From positions 62,001 through 126,000 of the forward strand of contig QPMI01000123.1 of assembly GCA_004431415.1 (NCBI GenBank): a stretch of DNA of 64,000 bases. The letters run 5' to 3'. The stretch is from Cyanophora paradoxa CCMP329 (taxonomy: Eukaryota; Plantae; Glaucophyta). Below the pieces are notes generated by a model that worked only from the letters and a program-made list of their open reading frames with translations, made no database searches and was not told the origin of the DNA. Every line of letters begins with the position of its first letter. Position 1 is the stretch's first letter. Both the position numbers and the translations under genes were made by a program. Below are positions 10,962-23,051 of the stretch, piece by piece.

Positions 10962-12390
10962 TTAGCACTTTAGCGACGCGTAGTTCCAAGAGTGGGGCCC
11001 GGGCTGCAGGGCGTAGCTGCAGCCCCGCGCGTCCTTGGCGGAGCTCTTGCAGCAGCTCCACGCCATTCCGCCGTCCACCTTATCCTCCTCCTGCCGCGCC
11101 GCGTTGTCAGCCACGGCACCCGAAACAGAGGGGAGGAGCGCACGTATGAGCCTGTGTGGAGCCAGGCCTTGACCTTGTGGGAGAGGACGCGGGGGGGCTC
11201 GACGGCCTCCTCGAGGGGGCTCCTCGTCGCCTCCGCCGGCCGCTGCTTCTCCTTCCACGCCTGCGTCTCGTGCAGGAAGTACTCCCACCTGCCCGCCCAG
11301 GCCTCGTCGGCCTGCGGCCTGCAGGGGTGGCGGGGCGGGCGGTGGACGCACCGGTCGCCGTACTTCTCCTTGAGGAGGCGAAGCTCCTCTGCGTCGCGCT
11401 TCTTCCGCGCGCGCTCCCGCTCCACGAACTGCGCCTCCCGCTCCACCGGGTCCACGTACTTCCCCTTCAGCGCCGCCTCCCGCCGCTTTGCCGTGCTCTC
11501 CAGCGCCGTCTTGCACCTGCGCGGCCCGCCGCAGCGGTCAGATCCCGGGCGGCCCTGCTGGGAGGGCGGGGCGGGGCGCACAGCTGCGCGTCGTCATTCT
11601 CGACGGCCTTCCTGTTAAAGACGGTACTCTGGTCCCACTGTTCGTCCCCGCCCGTCACGCCCCCCTTTGCCAGCACCTCCGTGTGCAGCGTGTACCGCGT
11701 GAGCGGAGGCGCTGCGCCCGCCCCGCCCGGTCAGAGGCAGGGGGCGTGGGAGGGAAGGCGCAGCCAGCCCACCGTTCCCTCTCCTAGGATTCAGGTCGTG
11801 CATATTTTCGTTGCTGTTGAGGAGCGGCACCCCCTGCGCGCAGTAAAAGTCGGACTCGTGGTAGCATGGCACAGCCTGCCACATTCTATGGCTCCGATTG
11901 CAAGGGGGAGCGCATAGAGGAAGTATGCAAGGGGGAGCGCATAGAAGCAGCGGGGCGGGGCGGGGGGGCGGCGGGGCGGCTGCGCACCACATCGAGCGTC
12001 CTGCTGACAGACTCTTTCGGGTAGAGCGGTACGTATGTCGACTTGTTCCACCTGCGGCGCCGGCTGGTCGGCCGCGGGCCGCGGCCGCGAGGCGCCCCGG
12101 GCCGTTCCGCGCACGTGTCTTTCTTCAGGCCCAGGATGTTCGGGTCGATGTAGTCCTGCACCGCCGTGCGCGCCTCGGCGGCCTGCGATGCGTGCAGCTC
12201 TGAGCGGAGCCCCACGAACTGCTGCGCGGAAGCTGGGCCGGACCTTCTGTGGCGCTGGACCCGTAAACGCCTTGATGTCCAGCGGGTAGGCCTTGGGCTG
12301 GCTCGCGCTCCCCGGCTGTGAACCGTACTTGCTGTGCGTGACAGGGCCGGACTTTCCCCGGCTCCCCAGCACGGGGCTAGCCGTCGCCAT
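10962..12390 (-). CDS. Hypothetical protein with a coiled-coil segment and a C-terminal H..G..WSCC..GC (Btk-type zinc-finger-like) motif (multi-exon)
   Basis: Spliced segments run MATASPVLG..., ...EREAQFVERERARKKRDAEE..., WLHTGSY|EEDKVDGGMAWSCCKSSAKDARGC...*. Confidence 0.65.
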
Positions 12391-12590
12391 GCTGTCTCGC
12401 CGCTACGCTCGCTGGGGAGGTGCTGTTCCACAGAGCGTTTTGTGTGAGCTACCTCTACCGCAGGCTGCTTGCCGAGCGCTTCCTCTGCGTGCTGGAGGTG
12501 CGCCGGTGTGGTCAAGAAAAGTCGTTTGCTCGGAAATTGCTCCCCCTTCCGGGGTACTCGTCGCTCCGGGTGGTCGGAAGCGGGAGGCCA

Positions 12591-15500
12591 ATGGAGCCCT
12601 CCATACGACTCCCGACGACGAGAGATGCGTACCAAGTCATCGGAGTCATCGGGAAGCCGACGGCGAACAAGCCGACCGTCGAGGTCAGGAAGTGCTACGT
12701 CCCACAAGTCGACCGGTGCACTGCCGCTCTGCGCATACCCTACCGCGAGAGCTTTGAGCGCCCGCACCGTGCAGCGAGGTCGCTGTCAAAGTCATTGACC
12801 TCGAGCGGACGACGTCCAAGCTCGAGGATATCAAGGCAAGCAAACGCTTCTTCGTCGCCCATAGCACCGCATGCGATAGGCAGTCACTCGCTCCGCGGCG
12901 TGACGAGCTCTTGGCGCCCATCGCCTTATCTGACCGCCGCGCCTTCTCCTGCGTCCGTCAATTGCAGAAGGAGATTGATGCAATGCGCTCTTGCGAGCAC
13001 GAGAACATCGTCAAGCTGCACACCACGTTCACCGTCGAGCACGAGCTCTGGATCGTGCTCAAGCTCGTCAAGCTCGGTGCGCAGCGCGCTGCCGGTACTC
13101 CTAGTCGTCTCATACGTATGAAGCTGCCATTTTCCTTTCCATTGATTCCCGCTCGAAGCGCATGACTCGCCGCGGGCTGATATCTAGCGCCTGGCAGGCT
13201 CCTGTGCCTCTATCATGACCGACGAGCGCTTCCGCGGGGGCTTCTCGGAGGACGTCGCCGCCACTATCATCAAGTCAGCGCTGCTGGGTCTCGAATACCT
13301 TCACCGTCAAAATATGATTCACCGGTTGCTCCGAAAGCCGCGGGGTCCTGAGCCGCGACGCTGATTGGCGCTGCCCGCAGGGATCTGAAAGCGAGCAACA
13401 TACTCATCGACGAGGATGGCGCCGTCATGCTCGCGGACCTTGGCGTGACCGGGCTGATGGGGGAGGAGGGCATCACGGACCGGCGCCAGAAGCGCCAGAC
13501 CTTCGTCGGCACGGTAAAGTACATGGCTCCCGAAGTGATGGAGCAGGCGCGCAACTTTCTTGTTCTTCCTCTTTTGCTTGCCTTAGCGGCATCCCTGCCT
13601 GCAGACGTCGGGCTACGATCAAAAGGCCGACATCTGGTCCCTCGGCATCACCGCCATCGAGCTCGTCACAGGTCGCACCCCATTCGAAGGAAAGCCTCCA
13701 CTGCAGGTTCGTCGGACCATTCGCGCTTCGCTTCGCTCGACTTAACGCAGTCCTCGTCCCCAGGTGATGCTCGCGGTGCTCAACAAGGACCTCCCGCCCA
13801 TCGACACGCTCGTCGGAAACAAGCCCGTCTCGAAGGACTTCAAGGAGTTCGTCAGCAAGTGCCTGGAGAAGAACCCGACGAAGCGGTGAGAACCGTTCTT
13901 GGTCTTCGCTGCCTTCGGTCGTTGATCGTATCGGGCAGGGCGAGCGCGTCGGCGCTGCTCAAGGACAAGTGGATGTCGAAGGCAAAGGACCGGAAGTGGC
14001 TGGAGCGGGCGCTCACGCCGGAGACCATGACGCCGCTGGAGGAGCGCGTGGACCTGCTCTACGCGCAGCAGGAGCAGCGGGCGGCAGCGCAGGGCGGCGC
14101 AAAGAAGTCGGCGGGGCCGCTCCGCTCGATCAACGAGGACGAGGAAGACCGCGGCGAGGACGCCGCGAAGCCCGAGCCCGTGGACGTCGAGTGGGACTTC
14201 GGTGATGACGAGCCCAAGAAGCCGGCCGCGCCGGCAGTCGCCCCGCCGCAGCTCCCGGCGACACCGGCGCCTCCCGCCGTCGCGCCCGCGTTATCGTCGT
14301 CGACGTCGCCGGAGGGGGCGAGGACCCGGTCAGCGTCGGCCCTCGCCAGCATGGAGAACATCGAGGCGGCTGCCGCCGCGTGCGCCGCCGTCGTCGCCGC
14401 CGGAGTTCCCTCCGGGGAAGGCGGCTCACCGAGCAGCTCCGCGCGCCGCTTCACTCTCACGCACGTCCCCGCCCCGGTCCCCGCCGCCTCCCCGTCGTCC
14501 TCGCCCACCCCCGCCCCGGCGCCCGCTGGCTCCTCCAGCGCCGGCCCCGCCTCCCCCGCGGGCCCCGCGGCGAACGGGCCGAACCCCTTCTCCCTCTCGC
14601 AGGCCGCTCCGATCCTGCCCACGTCCCTCTACGCCCCGACCTGCACCTCCCTGCCCAACTCTCCCAGCGCCGCACCTCCAGCCCATACTCCGGGCCCCCG
14701 CGCCCAGGGCCCCGTCCCGCCTTCCTTCTTCTCCGATGCGGAGGCCCCTTCCGCCGCACCAGCGCAGCCCGCAGCCACTTCGGCACAGCCCGCGACTCCG
14801 GCCGCGACTGCGAGCCAGCAAGTGCCGGCTCCCCAGCCTGCAGTGCCGCAACGACAAGCCGCACCACAGCACGAGCCCGAGCCCGCGGCGCTGCAGCGTG
14901 CGTCGACGGCAGCAGCGTCGGATCAGCACGGGACGCCGATTCGGCACCTGCCGACGTCGCACTCGTTCGACCAGGGCTCGGGGGACACGGCGTCGGTCTG
15001 GGCGCGCTCGGCGTCGCACCACACGCCGCACGGGAGCATCAGCGGCGTCTCGCGCGCGTCGTCGAGCGAGGAGATCTTCGCCGACCTCGGCTTCGTCGCC
15101 ACCACGACCGCCGCCGCTGCGCCCACGACGGGCGCCGCCGCCGCCCTCCCGCCCCGCCCCTCGCCCGGCGACCGACCGCCCTCACCTTTGTCCCGCACCT
15201 CGGAGGGCCCGAGGCCCCCCGAGCCGCCCGCCAGGCCCCCGCATCACGCCTCCACCTCCGTCTCCCCGCCCCCGCGCCCCGCCGTGCCCCAGCGCGCCTC
15301 CTTCCCCGGCGCCACGTCCGACACCGGCTCCGGCGGCGAGGGCGGCCCCCTCTTCCGGTCCTCCTCTGGCGGCGTACCCGGCCCGCCGCCCCCCGCCCGC
15401 AACAATGCCCAGCTGCCCCCCCGTCCCCCCGCGCCCCCAGCTCCACCGGCCGCCCCGTCGGCCTCCTTCCCCGCCCCTTCCCAGGCGGGGGCTCCGCACC

Positions 15501-17918
15501 CCTCTCCCGCGTCCGCCTCGTTCCCCGCCCCTGGCCAGTCGTCCGCGAGCCCCGCTGCCGCCGCTACAGTACCCTCCTCCGCCGCGGGCTTCCCCGCCCT
15601 CGCAAGCACCGTCACTGTAGGCCTCACGCAACCGGCTACGCCACCCTCCGCCCAGCCTCTCCCGTTGGCCTCGGCCCCGGCCCCCGCCGCGGCTCCCCCG
15701 TCCGCTCAGTCCGTCCCGCCGACCCCCTCGCCCCCCGCCGCGTCCCCCCCGTCACGGCCCCCTGTCGCCGCCGCGGCGCCCGAGCTCGCCGAGTCCGGCT
15801 GGTACTCGGACCCGGGCCGGCTCGGCCCCAAGGTGCCCCCCAGCCCGCGCAAAAGCCCGCGCGGCCCCTCCATCGTCCCCCCCACAGCCGAGGTCCCGCA
15901 AACCCCCCTGCCACCTACCCCGTCCGGCGCCGCCCCCTCCGCCCCCGCCGCGTCCACCCTCGCGGCGTCCCCCGCGCCGCTGGCGGCGGCCTCCTCGGCC
16001 TCCTCCAACGCCACCTCCTTCCTCGCCAGCGCCTCCTCGGCGACGAGCATGGGCGCCTCCCTCGGCTCCGCGCCCGGGGCCGCCGGCGCGCCGTCGGCGG
16101 TGCAGCCGCACCCGAGCAGCGCCTCGGGGGCGAGCTCGCCGGAGCGCGGGAGCGTGCAGCCGGTGCAGCGGCGCGAGGTCCGCGGCCGCTTCACCGTCAC
16201 GCAGGGCGCCATCGTCAAGCGCCGCAGCGGTCCGCCCTCTCTCTTTTCTCTCCCCAATCCTCCGTTCTTGACTAAGCGGCTGCAGGCGGCGGCGGCTCGG
16301 GCTCGGAAGCCTCCAGCTCCTCCCTCTCCGCCCCCGTCCCCGCCAGCATGCGCGCGTGCGCCTCCCTCCCCCTTCCTCTTGCACCTCGCACGCCTGACGT
16401 GCCGCGCAGGGGCTCGAGCGCGTCGGGGGTGGTCGAGTCGGCCTCGGAGGAGGCGGGGCAGACGACGCAGCGCCGCGTGGGCCGCTTCGTCGTCTCCGTC
16501 GTCTCGGGCGGCGCGGGGGCCACCTCCGACCCCGCCGCCGTCTCCGCCTCCCCCGCCGGCTCCGAGTCGCTCAAGGCCCGCGGCCACCGGCGCACGGCCT
16601 CGGGCAACCAGCCGGGCGCCACGCCCGGCCGCAAGGGCGCCCACTCCGCCACCGTGCGCCCCCGCCGCCCGCCCCCGCCGGCTGCTCGCTTAACGTCGCT
16701 CGGACAGGCGGGGGCGGCGGATTCGGCGGGGGGGCTGGACGCGCTGGCCGGGCTGGAGCAGTCCCTCAAGCTCTCCATCAGCTCGGGCTTCCAGAAGCTC
16801 GGCTCTGAATTCCAGCAGAGCCTCACCCAGGTCCAGAACATGCTCACCCCGCGGTCCGCCCTCCCCGCTCTGCCCTCCTGCCCCGCCCGCGCCGACGCCG
16901 GCGCAGCTACTACCCGCCCTCGGCCTCGTCCATTCCGGAGCCCCTCGTGCCCGCAGGCTCGTCGGGCTTGTCCGCTGGTGCCGCTCTGCCCACCCGGGAC
17001 CCTCCTCCCCGCCCTTCCCTGAGCGCCTGGCGGCACCGCAGGCGAAGAGACGCCGCGGGCGAGCCCGGACTCGGCCACCGCGGGCCCGGACGGGGCCACC
17101 CTGCCGCCGCTGAGCCGAAGCCTCGCCGAGGCGAGCTGCTTTGACCTGATGGTGCGCCCGTGCCCGGCCCCGCGCGCGGCCGCCCGCCTCACCCCGCCGC
17201 AGAGCTGCCTGCGGCACCAGCTGAACAACATCCTCACCGAGAACAGCGCGCTCCGCGCCGAGGTCGAGCGGGTGCGCCTCGCCGCGGCCTGTGCGCATGG
17301 CGCGCACTCACCAACAACCTCCCTCAGCTCAAGAAGGAAAACGCGGAGCTGAAGGCGGCGGCGGTGACCGCGAACGGGCCGCCGGCCACCGCCCTGTCCG
17401 CCCCGACGGGCAGCGGCTCCCAGCGGACCTTCTCCCTCCACGTACGAGCGATATCGGCCCCTCCGGCGCCCGCGGGCTCACGCGCGGGGCAGGGCACCAG
17501 CCGGCGGGGATCGGGGTCGAGCCTGAACCCGGCGGCGACGCCGCCGCGGGTGCCGCGGGCGGCGCCGGCGGACGAGGAGCTGGAGGCGTTCGCGGGCTCG
17601 GAGGAGGACAACGGGGCGGGGAGGCAGCGCCCGGCCGGGCACCGCGGGCGCGTCCTCCTCGAGAACCCCTCCGTCCCCGACATCCGCCTCTCCCGCACCC
17701 CGTCCCCCCGCTCCCGCATCGAGGCCGCCGCCGCGCCGACCCCGGAGCCCTCCCCGGGCCGCGCCGCCCCCACGGGCCCCGCCCGGGCCGACGAGCCTGC
17801 CGCAGCAGCGCCCGCCGCCGCGCCCGTTGCAGTTCCGGCGCCGCCCCCGGCCCCGGTGCTGCCCCCGGCCCCGGCCCCGGTCCCGGCCCCGGCTCTGGCC
17901 CCAGCTCCCGTGAAGTAG
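12591..17918 (+). CDS. STE20-family (GCK-VI, OSR1/SPAK/plant MAP4K-like) Ser/Thr kinase with a long Pro/Ser/Ala tail and a C-terminal coiled coil
   Basis: VAVK, IHR|[24 protein letters not shown] and [14 protein letters not shown] are spread over short exons. EWDF and GRFTV/GRFVV motifs lie in the tail. Stop at 17916-17918. Confidence 0.9.
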
Positions 17919-18454
17919 GCGAGCGCCATTCATGTGGATGCCGCAGTGCGTTAACATTCTGGCAACCGTAAGACTCTGAGACGAGAATGCGACTTCGAAT
18001 GTTGCGCGCGGCTTCGCATCCCGGGCCTTCCCGGGGCACTGCGGCATGCGCAAGCATGGCACGCACAATCGCAGGGCTTCAACTCCGAGAAATGTACAGG
18101 CTTCGAAATTACATCATCAAGTTCTCTGAACTCAATTCTGAGCTACGGTATACGTATGCAGCATAGGTAGCGCTTTAGGCCACTGGCATCGACCCGAGCA
18201 AAATCTTGGCTAGCCTAGTAGCTATGGTGCTGGCGCTAGATACCATGCTGTAAGGCCTCTCAAGGGATCAATCTGGCGAAATGGAACTACACCGAGTAAG
18301 CGATATCGAGCATATTGTAAACCACGCGGAACGCATGGAATAGGATCAAAAAGGGAAAACGAATAATGCAGCAGCCGTGAGTATTGTACAGGCGAGCGCA
18401 GGGCAAAACAACGCCCCGCGCCCAGGAGAGGTGCCCGACGCAGAGCGGCGCGGC

Positions 18455-20196
18455 TCATACGTTGCCCATGAGCTTCGTGAGCAGCTGCAGGGAGGCGATC
18501 AGCCTGACAGGCCGTTCCGGAGGAAAGAGGTGCGGCCGCACCTCGTAGGTCATGAACGTGACGGCGTTGGCGGGGAAGGCGCGGGCGAGGCAGGGCCAGA
18601 AGCCCTTGTACAGGCCCCGCCAGCCCTCGTGCTGCTTCGTCAGCTGGAAGCAGTGCCAGATGCCGCGGTACCGCCCCGTCAGGTCCGTCTGCAGCCTGCC
18701 GCGCCGTCACGCGCGCCCCGCGCGGCGGCGCGGGGCGGGGCCGCACCGCGACTTGATGAGGTCGATGGGGTAGATGGTGGTCCAGTAGACGGTGCCGGCG
18801 GCGCCGCCGGCCATGAGGTTCGCGAGGGGCCCGGGGGACGACTCGCCCTCCCGCGTCATCGACCGCCGCACGAACTCGTAGGCGGGGAAGGAGAAGAGGT
18901 TCGCGGGGCACTGCCGCATCAGCGTCGCCGTCAGCCCGCGGTAGAGTCCCGGCACGCCCTGCGCCCGGAAGATCTGCGCCCCAGGCGGAGGTCAGCGGGA
19001 GGAAGCGCGCGAGGGCGACGGAAGGGAAGCGGGCCTTCGCTGCGGCGTCGGCGGGCCCCGTGTAGAAGTTCGCCGCAGCGGCAGCGGTCGCGCCCTGGAG
19101 AGCCGGGCCGTACTGGACCTGCCGGCCGGCTCAGGCACAGCCTGGCAGGGACGGGCGGTAGGAAAGCCGGCCCGCGAACCTGTAGCCTGTTCCTTATCAG
19201 CTCCGTGGGGCACGCCACGAAGCAGACCAGGAAGCCAGCGGAGGCCCCGCAGATGCCGATTTGAGGCAGAGTGAGCGTCTCCGGGCGCCCGTTGGACATC
19301 CACTCCTTTGCGTGCGCGTACGCGCCGAAGAGGATCGCGTTGAAAGCGCCGGAAGCGACGAGAGGCATTGACATCCCTTTGTACAGCCCAGAAATCTGCA
19401 AGGAACGTCAGAAGATGGTATTCGCCACGGGAAAATGAACCAAAAAGGACTTACCCCCTCCCACTTTACGGTTTTCACAACGCTGCGACGGGGTGTCAGT
19501 GAGATCGGGCGCCTGTTCGAAAAAGAAAGCACCAGTCGATGGCGCCGGTGAAGCGCGGGCCCGCATGAGCGCCCTCTAGTTTAGCCTGCGTCTGTAGCCG
19601 AACCTTGATCGTGTCGAACGCTGCCCGGACCCAAGGTCAGCAACAAGAAAGGTTCGGACGGCGATGGAGGCGGCGCGTACGGTGGCCGGCGAGAACTGAT
19701 GCAGCGCGAGCACAAAGACCGAAACGAGTCAGTCTCGTCGGGTGAGCCCCAACGCGTAGCCGGGGTCACCTTGCGCGGCACCCGCGATTGTGCCGGCGAC
19801 GACATCCCGCTTTCGCTCGTGCGGGCCGACTGCGAAACATTCGGATTTCGCTCATTGAGCTGATGCGCAGCGCGCGCGCGAACCTTCCTCCTCGATCGCG
19901 GGCAGGTTGGCGTCCACCTGAAGCGACCCCCCAGGTCAATCCAAGCGGGGCGGCTTACGCGCGCGGTATACGGGGCCACTAACCGCAATGTGGGTGTGTT
20001 CCTGCCAAAACAACAATCACGCGCGCGCACGGGGCGAGATTAGATCGATGATCGGCCGGCGGTCAAAGCGCGCCCTCCATATTCCCGGGCGCGTGCTGAC
20101 CTTGCTCTTATGAAGAGGAGCCTGCAGATGCAACTGCGACAGCTGGCTGAGCGCCGCGGCGGGATAGACGGCCTCTGCCGAAGTCGTCGAGGTCAT
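18455..20196 (-). CDS. Mitochondrial carrier (SLC25), carnitine/basic amino acid carrier-like
   Basis: Three carrier signatures: PFDTIKVRLQ, PTELIRNRLQ, PIDLIKSR|LQ. Also GLYKG/GLYRG and RAFPANAVTF. The 5' exons are less certain. Confidence 0.9.
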
Positions 20197-20780
20197 GATG
20201 ATTGCGGCGGCCCACCGGCCCTCCTGTACAGCAGAGCTCGCGGCCGAAGCCGGCGGGATGATGAGACCGTGCGCTGATCGGCGCGGGGGAGGTGGGATCA
20301 AACTCTGATCCAATCAAGGCGGCGTCGCTTGCAGAGTCGGGCGCGCCCCGCTGCAAAACTGCCGCAAGCTACTGCGGTAGATGGGGAGCTTGCTGAGAGG
20401 TACTCCGCGCGGTACGGCGGGCGTCTGCAGAAAAGCCGCGCTTGCAGGCTTACCCGCGTGTCTGTACCCCGACCGAGCCGCCCTTTGCGCGGCTTATAAG
20501 GGTTGCGCGACTTGGCATGATGTACTTATATGTATATCGATCGTCGAACTACGTGAAACGTATCGGGGTCTAATGCCACTGTCGCCGTACGTGTCTACGT
20601 GAGCAAGCTACAGCGCTAGCGCTGTCCTACGGTCTCGTCTTTCAGTTGAACTCGAGCCTCACGGATGCAGGGCCGGCTTGCGAGCCAGCCGGCTTCGCGA
20701 TCGAGATTTGGCTCGGCCGAGGGGGCTGCCGGCGCCTGGGGCCGGGCCGGGCCGTGGCCGGGGCCGGGGCCGGCGGGGCG

Positions 20781-22784
20781 CTAGGCGAGGGCGCCCTCGG
20801 GGAAGGCGCGGCGCTGCAGGCTGTCGACGGCGTACTCGAACATCGACGCCTCCGTCACTGCCGGCGCCCGCCCGTGAGGCCGGCGGCCGGGACGGGGTCG
20901 GAGGGGGCGGGGGCGCACGGGCGTAGATGCGGTGGCCGTCCGGGGTGAAGCACGCCCCCGCGATGTGGCTGTCCCCGTAGCCCTGCCGAGGCGCGAGAGT
21001 GGGGCGGGGCGGGGCGGGCGCGGAGGAGCAGGCGGGGGGCCGGCCGCACGTGCTGCGGCCCGACGGACAGGACCTGTGCGCGGCGTCAGACCGGACTGGG
21101 CGCGGGGCGGGCGGGGGCGCCTGCTCGGAGGCGAAGGAGCGGGCGTCGACGACGTGCACGCGGGCGGTGTGCTCCGTGAAGAGCAGCAGGTCCACCGCCC
21201 CCGCAGGCGCGAACTTCACCGACCGCGCCGGCGGCCGCGCCCACGCCCCCTGCGGCGGCTGAGCCGCCCGGGCGTGGGCGCGGGACGGCGCGGGGCGGCG
21301 GGGGGGCGCACGGGGACGGCGCCGAAGGGGGAGAGGCTGGCGGAGCGCAGGCGGGCCACGGGCTCCTCCGAGCGCCGCACGTCCCTGCGCCGCGTGAGCT
21401 GGACGGGGGGCGGGGGGCCGGGGCGGGGCGGACCAGACGGCGACGAGGCCGTCCTGGCTGGCGGAGGCGAGGTACCGCGAGCTGCTCGACCACGCCACCG
21501 ACATCCCTGCGCCCCCCGCCTCGCGCAAGGGCGGAGGCCGGGATCGAGGCCGGCGGCACGGCACCGTGGTCCTTCCCCTCTGCAGGGCGTATCGGTGGCT
21601 CGCAAGCGGAGGGGGCGGAGGGAACGGCACCGGAGAACACGGCGGTCTTGCGGTACCCGTCGCGCCGCAGGTCGAAGAGGGACACATCCCGCGAGTCCCC
21701 CGTCTGGCGCGGGGATCGAATCTCCCGACGCGGGCCAACATTTTATCTCGTCCGGCGCACCACGGCGAGGAAGCGGCGGTCCGGGGACACCGCGGCATAG
21801 TTCACCTGAGGGCGACGGCGTTGGCGAGGGTTGGTGCGGAGCGGCGTGGCGGGGCTCACGGGGACGCCGCATGGGATCTCCTCGAGCCGCTCCATGTCCC
21901 GAATGCGGAACACTGCGGGCGGCCACGGCCCAGTCACGGGCGGCGGGCGCTGCCGCAGTGCGGGGTGAAAGAATGGCGTGCCCTTGACGTCCGCGTCGTT
22001 CGTGGACGTGAGCAGCCGCGTCTCTCCGAAGTGATCGTAGATGTGGATCTACGCGACTATGTTGGCGTTGCGGTAGGGAGGAGCGAGAAGGTCGGTACGG
22101 ACCGCATTGATGACGGATGCGCCTACGGAGCCCCAGAATCGGAGGCTGCAGCGGACGTGAGACGGCGCGGATTCGGGCTCGAATATGACGGCGCGCAGGT
22201 CAGAGCGGAGATCCTTCACGACCAACTGGCCCGTCTGCGAGCCTGCGCTGTCTCGGCGCGCGCACGGCATTCCAGCGACGGAAAACCGGAAGCGTGCACC
22301 GGCGGCGAGAAACCCGTGGCCGACGTGCAGGCACGCTACAAGGTGCAAGAGTTAGCCAATCGAAGCGGCGTGCGAGCGGCCGGCGAGCGCACTGGGACAG
22401 AAATCGAGTGCGAGCGCTTGCTGAATCTCCTGGTCGCAGAGCCGGAACTTGTTGACGACATAGCCTTTGAAGCGCATCAAATGTGGCCTCGTGATTTCGC
22501 AGTGCCGGCATCGCACCGCAGGGATAGAAGAAGTGGCGCTCGGGGTCCTCTGCGTCGATGCCGATCAGGTCCCGTAGCTGCGCGCGAGGGCCGCAAAGCC
22601 CGATTGGTGGGCGCGCAAACACGCTTTCCGAGCCTTTCCGCGGTGCTGGGGCGCAGCGCGAGCGCCACACGCCACGTCGCGACGCGCTCGCCTGCCAGTG
22701 CCCGATCGTGGACCGGACGAAGTGCCGAAAGTGTTGATGTGTGACGAAGGTGGCCTCGGCGGCCGCGTCGCTGCCGCGAGTCAT
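20781..22784 (-). CDS. WD40-repeat protein, DUF2415 (C2A9.03-like) family
   Basis: STIGHWQ|LRDL at the N-terminus, SVAWSSSSRYLASASQDG, and RSVKFAP..VDLLLFTEHTARVHVVDAR. Confidence 0.8.
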
Positions 22785-23051
22785 GGGGGGCGACGCCCCG
22801 GTAAGGGGCGCCAGCTCGGCGTGTTGGAAGCAGCGCGCGATGCGCGGAGGCGCTGAAAATGCTAGCCGCTGCGCGCGGAAGCGCTAAAATGGTTTACGCT
22901 GGGCGCGGGCGCTTGTAAGGGTTCGTCGAACGTGTCAATGGGGGTACGGAGCACACCAAGAGGAAGCAAGGCCGGAGGACAACCCGCCAGTGTCGATCGC
23001 AGCAAGTCTTCGACTCGATCGGGGCGGCTGCTGCTGCTGCAGGCGCGAACG

